Part shown: in pieces, positions 1 through 10,212 of the stretch
Position numbering within the stretch: position 1 is the stretch's first letter
Layout: each line of letters starts with the position of its first letter
IMG/VR virus record: IMGVR_UViG_3300032116_000001
Location: 1-64,000 of that record
Length of the DNA: 64,000 nucleotides
Reading direction: 5' to 3' (one strand)
Made by a program: the position numbers and the translations under genes
The notes under the pieces: model-generated
What the model was told of the DNA's origin: nothing
The model's input: the letters and a program-made list of their open reading frames with translations, nothing else
Databases searched by the model: none

Positions 1-27
1 GACCCTAAAACACTCCAGTTTTACTCT

Positions 28-507
28 GTGGATTTTGAAGATGACGACACATTGCGCACATTACAAGGCATCGGATCAGTTGTTGTCCGCACGCACCCGA
101 AAACTGAATTGATTTCTTTTTATTCTGATTTTCGAAACAGAGAAATGCAATATGCGCTCGGAGTTAAAATGCTCGGGGCTAATTTTGCCACGATCAGAGA
201 ACTAACTCCCAATTGCAGCTTTTTTGATGATGAATGTGCGTTCTATTTTCATGCCGAAAATCCAGATAAATTAGGAGATGTATATTTCCAAGAATATAGA
301 CGATATCACAATCTTAGAGACAATTTAGCACAAACATCAAAGCTCAGTCGAAAGAAAATCGAACAAGAACTCGTACATTTTGATTCTTACGAAGAATATC
401 GATCTTTTCGGGCTGGGGCAATTTACTTCGTGATCTTTAACATTTGCCGAAAGTATAATATGACTTTTGTGCAAATCCCTTCATGCAGGCTGGATCGAGC
501 TTTTTAA
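28..507 (+). CDS. hypothetical protein
   Basis: 159-aa ORF, same strand as its neighbours. Confidence 0.55.
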   Translation: MDFEDDDTLRTLQGIGSVVVRTHPKTELISFYSDFRNREMQYALGVKMLGANFATIRELTPNCSFFDDECAFYFHAENPDKLGDVYFQEYRRYHNLRDNLAQTSKLSRKKIEQELVHFDSYEEYRSFRAGAIYFVIFNICRKYNMTFVQIPSCRLDRAF

Positions 508-508
508 A

Positions 509-937
509 ATGCAGACATTTCTTCCATATCCTGATTTTAAGAAGAGCGCACAGTCACTCGACTATAGACGATTACAAAAACAGATTGTCGAGTGCCAGCA
601 GCTCCTTAACGCTCTCACGAGCCCCGATGCAAAAGGGTGGCGAAACCACCCAGCTGCACTTATGTGGAAAGGGCATGAAAAGGCACTTGCGCAATATGCC
701 GAAGCATGCTGGGATGAATGGAAAAATCGAGGATACGGCCCCGATCACAAATCCATTGTTAAAATTCGAGAAATAATGCGCGACTTTCAAACGACAGACG
801 AGATGCCCCGATGGATTGGAGATGAAAACTTTCATGCTTCTCATCGGGGAAATCTACTAAGAAAAGATTTGGCTTATTATAGCCAATACAACTGGACAGA
901 AAGCCCCGACCTGGAGTATATCTGGCCAACACCATAA
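509..937 (+). CDS. pyrimidine dimer DNA glycosylase/endonuclease V-like protein (MSMEG_6728 family)
   Basis: MQTFLPYPDF...LDYRRLQKQ...GWRNHPAALMWKGHE...HASHRGNLLRKD family signature. Confidence 0.85.
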   Translation: MQTFLPYPDFKKSAQSLDYRRLQKQIVECQQLLNALTSPDAKGWRNHPAALMWKGHEKALAQYAEACWDEWKNRGYGPDHKSIVKIREIMRDFQTTDEMPRWIGDENFHASHRGNLLRKDLAYYSQYNWTESPDLEYIWPTP

Positions 938-952
938 AAGAGAACAAACATA

Positions 953-1144
953 ATGACTGATAACGAACGACAAGAACTCGAACTCTTCCTTAAAGACATT
1001 GAAGTGCTTCAGGAAACTTTCACCACATTGCCCGATAAGATGCAAAGCAATATCGGCAAGGACATGACGATTCAGATGAACGATATTATGCGAGAGATCA
1101 AGCGACTCAGAGCAGAAACGCTTGTTGAACTTGGGTTGATTTAA
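953..1144 (+). CDS. hypothetical protein
   Basis: 63-aa ORF in operon-like spacing. Confidence 0.6.
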   Translation: MTDNERQELELFLKDIEVLQETFTTLPDKMQSNIGKDMTIQMNDIMREIKRLRAETLVELGLI

Positions 1145-1149
1145 TTGAC

Positions 1150-1509
1150 ATGACAGAGAAACAACAAATCAAACTTTTTCAAGAAATAGTCAAGATGGCA
1201 GCCAGTAATCCAACTGATCATGAATTGGGTGAGTCCGTTGCTGAGTTGTTAAAAAAGAATAACGCGCTCGAATGGTGGGACAAAAAAACCAACCGCACCA
1301 CATTCACCAAAGAAGAACAAGAGGTTATTCACGCAGTAAAAAGTGGTTGGCAGTTTTATCGAATGGATGGTAAAAACTGGTATTGGATGAATGATGTGGA
1401 AGACCCATGGACATGCCCGCGCATGCCGAATATAAGATATGTTTCTACGCGAATGATAAACAGGCTAAAAGCCTGCGGGCAGTTTCCCAAAAACTACAAA
1501 TTCGCTTAA
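1150..1509 (+). CDS. hypothetical protein
   Basis: 119-aa ORF. Confidence 0.65.
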   Translation: MTEKQQIKLFQEIVKMAASNPTDHELGESVAELLKKNNALEWWDKKTNRTTFTKEEQEVIHAVKSGWQFYRMDGKNWYWMNDVEDPWTCPRMPNIRYVSTRMINRLKACGQFPKNYKFA

Positions 1510-1524
1510 AAATCAATTCATATC

Positions 1525-1932
1525 ATGATCCTGTATCACATTAGCCATCAATACCTCGGGGAAAATCCAACTTTTTCCCCGAAAATCCCCGATCACCCAA
1601 TGCCAGGGGAAAATGAAACCATCCCTCGAATTTGCACGGCTCCAACAATCTCGGGATGTTATCTTGCAATTTTGTCAGATTTCTATCTGCTCGCCAAAGA
1701 AGGACAAGACATCCCCGAATATTTCGTCTATGCAACTGAAACTGACAAAGCTGTTTTCGCAGGGGAAAATGTCCCCGATTCCAACATAACAGGAGAACAC
1801 TGGATTAAGGAGCCAACACAATTTCATCTAATAGGCAAAGCACCTAGAATCAAAATCACAATGAAAAGATATGCCCAGAAACCATTTCTTAACCAACTCA
1901 GAAAAACCGTGGATGAAACGATCACTTTCTAA
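1525..1932 (+). CDS. hypothetical phage protein
   Basis: MILYHIS...ENETIPRICTAPTISGC...VPDSNITGEHW, a motif typical of phage hypothetical proteins. Confidence 0.7.
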   Translation: MILYHISHQYLGENPTFSPKIPDHPMPGENETIPRICTAPTISGCYLAILSDFYLLAKEGQDIPEYFVYATETDKAVFAGENVPDSNITGEHWIKEPTQFHLIGKAPRIKITMKRYAQKPFLNQLRKTVDETITF

Positions 1933-1973
1933 AAAATCCCCCTTTTCATAAACTCTGATCGGATATATAAATC

Positions 1974-2276
1974 ATGCCGAAATTCAAAGTTGATTTCATT
2001 GTTCAGAACTTTCCCGATCCCGACGAGTCCGCATACCTAGCGACAAGAGAAGCTGTTCGCAATCAGCTCAAACATACTAAGGTCAAAACTAGGCAATGGA
2101 ATAGGAGCACTACAACTATTGTCTATACAGAATTTTGTGATGATGCTGTGATCGGATATGAAGACTGGAAAGAAAAGTATCTCGAAAGCCTGATCGAAGA
2201 AGTCAAAGAAAAGGGAGTCGTGATCCGAAGTGTTGAGATCACTGCCACATCTTACGAATACATTATCCAAGACTGA
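1974..2276 (+). CDS. hypothetical protein, paralog of 2594..2902
   Basis: Directly follows the promoter motif; shares DDxVIGYxD...EKYL with 2594..2902. Confidence 0.75.
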   Translation: MPKFKVDFIVQNFPDPDESAYLATREAVRNQLKHTKVKTRQWNRSTTTIVYTEFCDDAVIGYEDWKEKYLESLIEEVKEKGVVIRSVEITATSYEYIIQD

Positions 2277-2283
2277 AAACACT

Positions 2284-2586
2284 ATGCCTAAAACTAACAC
2301 TCAAGAACTGCTTGATCAAATCGTAGAACAGTGCTTTAATCATCTAACCCCAGGTAAAAACATTCATCTTATCTACAGAGAAGGCAACCCAGTTCCATGG
2401 GAATTAAGAATTGATGATTTTGAAAGCTGGACACATTTGAAAAAAGGTATGTCTTTTATGGGAATGATGATGAAGGTAGCGCAAATTCTAGATTGCGAAA
2501 ATGGCGACCAAGAAGTATACAAGACTTATGGATGCCCCACTTGTGGCTGCGGCGACAAAGACATGTATACGCTTAAATTCTGGTGA
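2284..2586 (+). CDS. hypothetical protein with C-terminal CxxC
   Basis: ORF from ATG 2284; CPTCGC motif. Confidence 0.65.
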   Translation: MPKTNTQELLDQIVEQCFNHLTPGKNIHLIYREGNPVPWELRIDDFESWTHLKKGMSFMGMMMKVAQILDCENGDQEVYKTYGCPTCGCGDKDMYTLKFW

Positions 2587-2593
2587 AAACACT

Positions 2594-2902
2594 ATGCCGA
2601 AAATCAAAATTGAACTCCAAATTAAAGACTCGCAAAATCATACTAATCCGCCGCATGTCCTGATTAGAAATGTCTTTCGCGATCATATCAAGCACGCCAA
2701 GATTCAAACAAGAAACTGGAGGGCATATGCTCGATGGGGCTACTACTGGATGATTCTGAAATTCAATGATGATACAGTGATCGGATATGATGATTTTAAC
2801 GAAAAGTATCTCCGCGAAATTTTGGATGAAATCGAACAAAATGGTGTATGTGTCCCGAAGGCGGAAGTCACTGTCAAATCCAAAGAAACGATCACTTTCT
2901 AA
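2594..2902 (+). CDS. hypothetical protein, paralog of 1974..2276
   Basis: Sequence similarity to 1974..2276. Confidence 0.75.
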   Translation: MPKIKIELQIKDSQNHTNPPHVLIRNVFRDHIKHAKIQTRNWRAYARWGYYWMILKFNDDTVIGYDDFNEKYLREILDEIEQNGVCVPKAEVTVKSKETITF

Positions 2903-2943
2903 AAAATCCCCCTTTTCATAAACACTGATCGGATATATAAATC

Positions 2944-3609
2944 ATGAAAAACATTATTGACGTACATGGAAACAAAACCAGAGCCATTTATCATATCACC
3001 ATACGCGGAACTGGTGCATGGGCTCAAATTGATGTTAGATCAACTGGCCCTAAAGCGATCCCAGAATATACGATTGCAGTGGATGAGCCAGATCAATTAG
3101 TTAGTTGTATGACCAATGCGATTAATGCCGCAGAATTTCTAGTGCAGAAGGAAAGAGAAAAGGGTACGCTGTGCGCCAACATTTCGCCCAACAATACTTT
3201 CATTGCAATTGACAACACATACCTTCGGGGCATTGATGTGAATACTATCGTTGAAATTTTGGAAACAGACTTCATTCACGCATGGATTGAAAAAACAAAC
3301 AATAGACTGTCAGCTAACATTAAAGTCAATGTAGAAATGCCCATTTTAGAGTTGCTGGGTTGCACTACAATTGATTATCGCTTTGTGAGCAATAAACACA
3401 CCTCAATCCCTAAGCGCCGAATCAACTTCCCCGAAGGATTTATGTTGCGAGAAAACTCAATCGGAGACTGCAAATACTCTCTTGAAAATCTCACAAGAAC
3501 GAGCATGGACGGTTGCTATATTGCCGATCTGCAAATTCCAGATTGGATGATGCCTCTCGTTGACGCATTCATGGACGAAAACGCAGATTGGGTTAACAAT
3601 CATCCCTAA
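2944..3609 (+). CDS. hypothetical protein, paralog of 3958..4614
   Basis: Promoter motif; shares PxNTFIxID, ILELL and LxENxxGxxKYSL with 3958..4614. Confidence 0.75.
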   Translation: MKNIIDVHGNKTRAIYHITIRGTGAWAQIDVRSTGPKAIPEYTIAVDEPDQLVSCMTNAINAAEFLVQKEREKGTLCANISPNNTFIAIDNTYLRGIDVNTIVEILETDFIHAWIEKTNNRLSANIKVNVEMPILELLGCTTIDYRFVSNKHTSIPKRRINFPEGFMLRENSIGDCKYSLENLTRTSMDGCYIADLQIPDWMMPLVDAFMDENADWVNNHP

Positions 3610-3649
3610 AAATCCCCCATTTCACAAACCCCAATCGGATATATAAATC

Positions 3650-3958
3650 ATGCCAAAAGTTAACCTTACTGAACACGATACCACAATTCTTAGAGAAGCC
3701 AAAGCCTCCTTAGAACGACTTGCTGAAATGATCGGGCCAACTGGGTTTTACCCCATCAACTTGGCTAATCAAATCCAAGGTATCTTGGACAAAGCCGAAC
3801 AAACCAAGACCGCAACCCCCGAGCTGATCGAACTTGCCCGACAACAATACCAGCAAGAAGGATATGTTGAAATTGATGACAACGCGGAAGTTTCCGAAGG
3901 CAAAGATCAAGGCGTCTATGTGCAAGCATGGGTGTGGGTAGGCAAAGGAGAAGAATAA
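3650..3958 (+). CDS. hypothetical phage protein
   Basis: Promoter motif; EIDDNAEVS...GVYVQAWVWV. Confidence 0.75.
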   Translation: MPKVNLTEHDTTILREAKASLERLAEMIGPTGFYPINLANQIQGILDKAEQTKTATPELIELARQQYQQEGYVEIDDNAEVSEGKDQGVYVQAWVWVGKGEE

Positions 3959-4614
3959 TGGAAAACCATCTCGTTTACGGTGAAAAAGGAAAGACATATA
4001 GCATCACTTTGACTTTGCCTCGTCAAGATTGGCGATACGCTGACATTCACGTTGTTAATAACGCAAACTTACATCAACTGAATATGAACGTTGACCACAT
4101 AGCAGAGCTTTCCGAAAAACTGATGTACGCCGTGAGGGCAATGAATCTTGTTGCGCAAAAAACCAGAAATGAAGCTCGTGACGAAGTGGCGAATGAATGG
4201 CCCGAAATGACCCCATACAATACTTTTATTGATATTGATTACGATGAAGATATGACGGTCAAAATTCTGAGAGAGATTGAATATGAAACGATCAGCACAT
4301 TCGTCCCCGAATGGCAAGCAAAACATCAAGAAAAAACCATGGGATCAAGACAGATCAAGCTGGATCAAACTATTGATATTCTTGAACTTTTGGACTTTAA
4401 TAACCAAGAATATGAATGGGAGAGAGATGTGCCCCCTTATAAACGATCAGTAATGATCGGACCCAAAATCTATCTTCAAGAAAATGAAAAGGGGGAATAT
4501 AAGTATTCATTAGTTAAATTTGTCTGGGTAGGAGAGCGCTCAGTTAAAAATCTCCCTATTCAAAAATGGCTTATGCCGATCATTGATAAATTCATGAATG
4601 AAAACGCAAAGTAA
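3958..4614 (+). CDS. hypothetical protein, paralog of 2944..3609
   Basis: TAATG overlap with the upstream gene; paralogy. Confidence 0.75.
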   Translation: MENHLVYGEKGKTYSITLTLPRQDWRYADIHVVNNANLHQLNMNVDHIAELSEKLMYAVRAMNLVAQKTRNEARDEVANEWPEMTPYNTFIDIDYDEDMTVKILREIEYETISTFVPEWQAKHQEKTMGSRQIKLDQTIDILELLDFNNQEYEWERDVPPYKRSVMIGPKIYLQENEKGEYKYSLVKFVWVGERSVKNLPIQKWLMPIIDKFMNENAK

Positions 4615-4639
4615 ACAAAAAATCATAGCCATTTGAAGC

Positions 4640-4673
4640 AATCCCCGATCTGAATTATGATCGGGGATTTTTT
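4640..4673 (+). terminator. intrinsic terminator
   Basis: AATCCCCGATC-loop-GATCGGGGATT followed by a T-run. Confidence 0.7.
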
Positions 4674-4785
4674 ATGACTTTCTATCACGATCTTTTTTAT
4701 GACTTTCTATCACGATCTTTTTTATGACTTTCTATCACGATCTTTTTTATGACTTTCTATCACGATCTTTTTTATGACTTTCTAT
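4668..4785. repeat. 25-bp tandem repeat (TTTTTTATGACTTTCTATCACGATC) x4 plus a partial copy
   Basis: Identical head-to-tail units with no spacers. Confidence 0.95.
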
Positions 4786-4884
4786 GATCGGGTGCCACGG
4801 CGGGCTTATTTTCTAAAAAAATCCCCTTTTTTCATCTGCTCGATATACTATATAAACTACCTTTAATCAGGAATCCACCAGATA

Positions 4885-6984
4885 ATGATTACTAACCAAA
4901 CTAACAAGCCTGTTGAATCTCTTGGGGTTCAATCTGAAGCATTTTTCAACGTCAAGCAAGAAAACCTCGCGTTTATCTTTGGTATCCTCCGCAATAACCT
5001 TTACTCTGATAAGCCCCTGGCTATTCTGCGAGAGTATTCTGCTAATGCCAAGGATGCTCATGCTGAAAATGGTTGCCCTGAGCGACCGTTTGTCGTCACG
5101 ATGCCCACGGCCTTGTCTCCGAATCTTAGCATCCGAGACTTTGGCAAGGGTCTGAGCGAAGAACAAGTCTATAATATTTTTGCATCGTATGGTGCGTCAA
5201 CCAAGCGCGAAACCAATGACCAGATTGGGGGCTTTGGCATTGGCTCCAAGTCGGCTTTCTGTTATGTTAATGGTTTTACGATTGTTAGCATCTTTGAAGG
5301 CAAGAAGTCTACTTATCGTGCCTACATTGATGAAACCAATATCGGTAAAATCTCTCGAATGGGCGAGCCTACTGACACCGATGAAGAAAGTGGCCTTGAA
5401 ATCATTGTTGAAATCAAGCAAAATGATATTCACTCTTTTGTTGCGGCTGGAAAGTCTCTCTTTAAGCACTTCAATCCCAAGCCGATTATTGTTTCTTGCC
5501 GCGATTTGAGCGAGTATATTGCTAACTATCGTCAGGGTGAAGTCTTGATCGAAGGCTCTGATTGGAGCATTGTGAAGCGTCAAAACTATGGTTCTTCCGA
5601 GGCTTATTGTGTTATGGGAGATATTCGCTATCCCATTCAGATCAACAAGATCACTTCTGATCGTAAGGGCTGGGTTGATTCACTTTATGGTAGCACAATC
5701 AACATTGTCACTCCGATTGGGTCTGTGAAGATGAGCGCAAGCCGTGAATCACTTGAGTATGACGAGGTTACAATTGACTTTCTTAACAAGTCTGTCGAAC
5801 GAATCTATGCCGAAGCCTGCCAAATGGTGACGAATGAACTCAAGAATTGCAAGACTCTTTGGGAAGCGCGAATTTACCTCAAGGAAATGGACAAAATTTA
5901 CGGTAGCCTTAATGTTAAGGCTGAGTGGAATGGCGAACCTATTAAACTACCGCACGTCCATCTTGGGCCGAATGGTTCTGTTGGCGCGATTGAAGGTATT
6001 AGCCTTATTCGACGAGCAGAAAAGACCCGTAACGGGGACCTAAAGTGGTGCCGATGTGCTGATATTGTGCCTTCTAAGAATGTCATTATCTTTACGGACA
6101 ATGGCACGGTGAAGCGAAACACGCTCTTTTCGCGAATTAACAAGTACGTTGCTGACAACAACTTCGGGGGAACCTGCGTGCTTGCTCAATTCACTACGGC
6201 TGAGGCCCAGAAGGAGTTTGAGACTCACGAAGAAATCATCGGCGCGAATATCATTGATGTTGAAACCCTGGCTTATGTGCCTCCGATTCGTGCGAAGCGC
6301 ATTAGCACTGGTGCGCGTGATAAGCAAAAGTGTTCGGCTTTCACTTACAATGGCAAGACCTATGCCAGCGTGAAGTCTCAAGCCTGGGACCCCGTGGAAG
6401 TGGACCTTGTTAATGATGGCGGGGTTTATGTTTACATTGACAAATTCTTGCCAGTCGGTTTTAGTGGCTTTGGACACCTGAAAAAGATCATTGAAGCATT
6501 GGGAGAATTAACTAATGAAACGATCATTGTTCACGGGTTCCGCGCAATGAAGAAAACCGAAAACCTTGGAAGCAATTGGGTTAGCCTTGAGGACAAAATC
6601 AAGAGTGTTATGCAAGATTGGGCCGCTGATGAGCAAACTAGCATGATGGTTGCTTCAAACTACGTCCATGATGAAACGGAAAGAATTTTTGATTATATTC
6701 AAGCGCACCGTGACTTACTTGATGATTCAAGTGTCGCCGCTGAGTTTGTAGACTTTATCAGTGAGTTTCCGACTGTGGTTGATGAAAATGCTCTGGATAA
6801 TCTGAAATACCTGTCTAATTATTCTTGTGATTTTTACAATACGTCTGATGTGGATGAGCATCGGAGTAAGTATAATGAACTCAAGAAAAAGGTCTGGGAA
6901 ACTTATCCTATGCTGATATGCATTGCCCATAAGCATGAAGATCGGCGAGCTTTAGACTACATTGCTCTGGTGGACAAAAAGTAG
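4885..6984 (+). CDS. rIIA: rIIA-like protein (N-terminal GHKL/HATPase domain)
   Basis: NLYSDKPLAILREYSANAKDAH, RDFGKGLS, YGASTKR, GGFGIGSKS; adjacent to an rIIB-like gene. Confidence 0.85.
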   Translation: MITNQTNKPVESLGVQSEAFFNVKQENLAFIFGILRNNLYSDKPLAILREYSANAKDAHAENGCPERPFVVTMPTALSPNLSIRDFGKGLSEEQVYNIFASYGASTKRETNDQIGGFGIGSKSAFCYVNGFTIVSIFEGKKSTYRAYIDETNIGKISRMGEPTDTDEESGLEIIVEIKQNDIHSFVAAGKSLFKHFNPKPIIVSCRDLSEYIANYRQGEVLIEGSDWSIVKRQNYGSSEAYCVMGDIRYPIQINKITSDRKGWVDSLYGSTINIVTPIGSVKMSASRESLEYDEVTIDFLNKSVERIYAEACQMVTNELKNCKTLWEARIYLKEMDKIYGSLNVKAEWNGEPIKLPHVHLGPNGSVGAIEGISLIRRAEKTRNGDLKWCRCADIVPSKNVIIFTDNGTVKRNTLFSRINKYVADNNFGGTCVLAQFTTAEAQKEFETHEEIIGANIIDVETLAYVPPIRAKRISTGARDKQKCSAFTYNGKTYASVKSQAWDPVEVDLVNDGGVYVYIDKFLPVGFSGFGHLKKIIEALGELTNETIIVHGFRAMKKTENLGSNWVSLEDKIKSVMQDWAADEQTSMMVASNYVHDETERIFDYIQAHRDLLDDSSVAAEFVDFISEFPTVVDENALDNLKYLSNYSCDFYNTSDVDEHRSKYNELKKKVWETYPMLICIAHKHEDRRALDYIALVDKK

Positions 6985-7132
6985 TCTAGCATCGGGGAGC
7001 GGGCATAATGCCTGTCTCCCCATTTTTATGACTTTCTGCGATTATGCAGCACGATTAATCTTTTTTTAAAAAAATCCCCTTTTTTCGCAGAGAAACTTGC
7101 TATAATAAAGTATCGGAGACGTAGAATAAGTA

Positions 7133-8386
7133 ATGAAGATCACCGCATGTATTTACCAAACTGGCGATAGCCTCACAATCGCTTTTGACAATGGAAGTCC
7201 GCTGACTATCCATAGTTACGATGGCAATTTTAACAAGGCCGTTGAAGCCTATCGCAATGGGGATGTTGAAGAACTTTATAGTTTGATGAACATCCTCACA
7301 TCTATCGAAAAGATGAGCGAATCTATTGATGACATTAAGGTTGTCGGCAATAGCGTTTATTATCGTGATGAAGAAATCCACAACGTTATTGTTGATCGGA
7401 TTTTGGACTTCCGTAATAATGGCTTTGACATTAAGCCGCTTGCGCGAATGTTGTCCAAGCTGATGCTGAACCCCTCTCGCCGCGCCGTGGAAGAACTCTA
7501 CAAGTTCCTTGCCCACAAGAACCTTCCCGTCACCGATAATGGTAATTTTCTTGCCTATAAGGGCGTGACTTCGGATTATTGGAGCATTACGAGTGGTGAT
7601 GCCAAGCTGATTAAGGGGACGGTTGATGATGGAGGCCGTATCTACAATGGTGTCGGTGAAGAAATCCAAATGCACCGCAATAAGGTGGATGACAATAAGG
7701 ACAATCACTGTTCTTATGGCCTTCATGCTGGTAGCCTTGAATACGCTGATAACTTCCGTAGTTACGGCGGCTACGGCGGAAAGCTGATGATCGTGGAAAT
7801 TGACCCCGCTGATGTAGTGTCGATTCCTAGCGATTGTGGTTGCCAAAAGCTCCGAACTTGCCGCTATAAGGTTGTTGGCGAGTATGACGGACCTCTGACT
7901 CAGCCTCTGTACGAATCTAATTTTTCCACCGAAAATGACGATCTTTATGATGAAGATATTTTTGACGAAGATGATTGCAACGAAGGTGACTACGACTATA
8001 CTGAGCCCGAGGATTTTGACAATGAAGATGATTTAGGTGTCGTCACCGACCAGTGTGGGAATGTTCTTAATGATGGCGATGTTTGTCTGTCTGATGACGG
8101 CAAGTTGTACGCCTGGAATGAAAATAACAAGACGTTTGTTGACCTTGACGATTCTGAAAATGAGCTTGATAGCGCGATGTGGGAGAAGATGACCTATCTC
8201 GACCCCGATGCCCGAAATGATAGTGACTTTTTGGTACTGATTGATGGCATGATCTACGAGGACTCTTTCGGCAATAAACTCAAGTGGAATGAGACGGCTG
8301 ACTTGTTTGAATATGTCAATACAACGTCGTGGCCCAAGCCTACTTATCTTCAGGCAATTCGCAATAAGATTGTTCGCGTTCAGTGA
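7133..8386 (+). CDS. rIIB: rIIB-like protein with acidic C-terminal extension
   Basis: NPSRRAVEELYKFL, GNFLAYKGV, CSYGLHAGSLEYA, VEIDPADVVSIPSD, KLRTCRYKVV. Confidence 0.85.
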   Translation: MKITACIYQTGDSLTIAFDNGSPLTIHSYDGNFNKAVEAYRNGDVEELYSLMNILTSIEKMSESIDDIKVVGNSVYYRDEEIHNVIVDRILDFRNNGFDIKPLARMLSKLMLNPSRRAVEELYKFLAHKNLPVTDNGNFLAYKGVTSDYWSITSGDAKLIKGTVDDGGRIYNGVGEEIQMHRNKVDDNKDNHCSYGLHAGSLEYADNFRSYGGYGGKLMIVEIDPADVVSIPSDCGCQKLRTCRYKVVGEYDGPLTQPLYESNFSTENDDLYDEDIFDEDDCNEGDYDYTEPEDFDNEDDLGVVTDQCGNVLNDGDVCLSDDGKLYAWNENNKTFVDLDDSENELDSAMWEKMTYLDPDARNDSDFLVLIDGMIYEDSFGNKLKWNETADLFEYVNTTSWPKPTYLQAIRNKIVRVQ

Positions 8387-8400
8387 ACAATCAAATAAGA

Positions 8401-8430
8401 AGAAAGGCCCCTAAAAGGGGCCTTTCTTTA
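8401..8430 (+). terminator. intrinsic terminator after rIIB
   Basis: AGAAAGGCCCC-TAAAA-GGGGCCTTTCT-TT. Confidence 0.75.
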
Positions 8431-8463
8431 TGACTTTCTACGATTATGCGACAGCACAGCCGA

Positions 8464-8503
8464 TCACTCTCCAAGTCACTCTCCAAGTCACTCTCCAAGT
8501 CAC
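8464..8503. repeat. 12-bp tandem repeat TCACTCTCCAAG x3
   Basis: Read directly from the sequence. Confidence 0.9.
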
Positions 8504-8548
8504 CAAAAATCCCCTTTTTTCTGGCAAGCAACACAATATATAGAAGTA

Positions 8549-8848
8549 ATGAAAGTCCGAGTTTATCACAACCCCGATGATGTTTTTGATTTCACCAGCA
8601 TTGAAGATATGATCGCTGTTGCAGACGTTGAGTGTGATGATATTGAGCACGCAATGGAATTGACCATGAGTATTGATGACGATTGGTGGAAGAACAGCGG
8701 TGTGACCAAGTTATTTGAGGATGAAATTTGTCGCAGCACGAATGCTGGCGATGCGATTGTGAACTTGGATACTAATAAGATTCATGTTGTTGAGTTGCTT
8801 GGTTTTCGCACGATTGAATCTGACGTAATCTTTACGGGGAAGGAATAA
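8549..8848 (+). CDS. hypothetical protein
   Basis: Promoter motif upstream. Confidence 0.7.
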   Translation: MKVRVYHNPDDVFDFTSIEDMIAVADVECDDIEHAMELTMSIDDDWWKNSGVTKLFEDEICRSTNAGDAIVNLDTNKIHVVELLGFRTIESDVIFTGKE

Positions 8849-8850
8849 CA

Positions 8851-9066
8851 ATGCACGGTATTTTGTTGCTTGGTTTTTTAATGATCGGCTTTGTGGTCAT
8901 GGCTTGCGGCGTGACTGGTTGGATGATGGCTGGCGTGTTAAGTGACACTATTTTCAATGAGAAGTCCGAGATTGATTTTCATAAGCGAATGGCTTTGATC
9001 GGTTTTATGATTATGGTGCTTACTGTTCTTATTGACTGGGCAATTGGAGGGTTCCCATGGGCGTGA
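8851..9066 (+). CDS. small membrane protein (2 TM)
   Basis: Two hydrophobic segments. Confidence 0.65.
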   Translation: MHGILLLGFLMIGFVVMACGVTGWMMAGVLSDTIFNEKSEIDFHKRMALIGFMIMVLTVLIDWAIGGFPWA

Positions 9067-9389
9067 CACTTGAGTGTCGGTATTTGACCGAAGAGCGGAA
9101 GGGAGGATATGTAAATTTCATAAACGACAATTGTTTTATTTTTGCCAAGTTGCCAATTAATGATACTGGGATTGACGCGATTGGTAAAATGATTGTCCTT
9201 GAGGGTGATATCAGTAAGGTTGAAGAAGATCAACTTTTTGATTGGATCACAGGTGATATGGGAAGCCGAAAATATCACGAAGTGAAGTTTGTTGGGTCTT
9301 TTCAGCCAATTATCGAAGTAAAATACGAACCTTTGGAATTAGATCGGGTAAAAGAATATTTAAGTCTTTTGGAGAAAATCAATGGATAA
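9057..9389 (+). CDS. hypothetical protein, paralog of 9465..9839
   Basis: Shares VTLEC, GGY, GKMI and EVK motifs with 9465..9839. Confidence 0.7.
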   Translation: MGVTLECRYLTEERKGGYVNFINDNCFIFAKLPINDTGIDAIGKMIVLEGDISKVEEDQLFDWITGDMGSRKYHEVKFVGSFQPIIEVKYEPLELDRVKEYLSLLEKING

Positions 9390-9464
9390 TCTTGAAGCCA
9401 TGACAGATTCACAAACGAATATTTGTGATCGGAATTCTTGTTTTCTAACTGGCAGGAGTTTAAC

Positions 9465-9839
9465 ATGAGTGTAACGCTTGAGTGCAGTTTTCTGGATTTT
9501 GGTTATCGTCACCCACTGCGATTCGGTGTGTTGATGCTTGGCGGATATGCAAAATACATCGAGGGCAATTATTTTGTTTTTGTCAAGGTTCCTCCGCACA
9601 TTGGATGTGAATTTGTCGGGAAAATGATTAGTGAGTCGCATTTTCCTGATGATATAAGTAGCATGCGTGATGATGCTTTTCTTCGGTTGTTTAAGAACGA
9701 TGCAGTTAAAGGTGAGTTTCGCGAAGTAAAGGTTACATCATCATCATGGCGTCATCAAACTATCGAAGTTGACGATGAGCCAATGCATCCCGATAAGCTA
9801 AAAAAATTCATAAAATTATTAAAGGAAAGAAATGGATAA
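9465..9839 (+). CDS. hypothetical protein, paralog of 9057..9389
   Basis: AGGAG Shine-Dalgarno before ATG 9465; paralogy. Confidence 0.7.
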   Translation: MSVTLECSFLDFGYRHPLRFGVLMLGGYAKYIEGNYFVFVKVPPHIGCEFVGKMISESHFPDDISSMRDDAFLRLFKNDAVKGEFREVKVTSSSWRHQTIEVDDEPMHPDKLKKFIKLLKERNG

Positions 9840-10212
9840 GTACGAACATCTTGAAACCATGACCGCGGAAGAATTGCGCTTCAGAATCCACTATTTGGAA
9901 TCTGAGGTTGAAATGTTCCGTAGGCTTGGAAGAGACTTGCTTGAGCAGCGATTAAACTATCGTAGCTTAGTCAAGCATGCTATAGAAACGGGCGAATTAG
10001 ATGAACTGGAGCGGGCCTTGTATGAAACTCAGAGAGATGTTTCTGCTGACCCGCATGCTCATAAAGTGCTGCCAAATTCTCAATCGACTGTTTACACAGA
10101 CGAAAAAGTCACAGTTCAATGGGACCCCGCTTGTTTCAATTACATCAAAGTGTATTTGCCCAGTGAGTTTTCAAAAAAGAAAGTTCATGTTCGTGTTCGC
10201 GCTGTAGAATAA
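9832..10212 (+). CDS. hypothetical protein
   Basis: 126-aa ORF overlapping the previous stop. Confidence 0.65.
   Translation: MDKYEHLETMTAEELRFRIHYLESEVEMFRRLGRDLLEQRLNYRSLVKHAIETGELDELERALYETQRDVSADPHAHKVLPNSQSTVYTDEKVTVQWDPACFNYIKVYLPSEFSKKKVHVRVRAVE

Noticed and set aside
4668-4785. CRISPR array
   Set aside because: The repeats are head-to-tail with no spacers, and no cas genes are present.
7100-7846. Long antisense ORFs such as 7100..7846(-), 33703..34503(-), 58342..58935(-) and 63308..63898(+)
   Set aside because: They are shadows of well-supported genes on the opposite strand, with no promoter or recognisable motifs.
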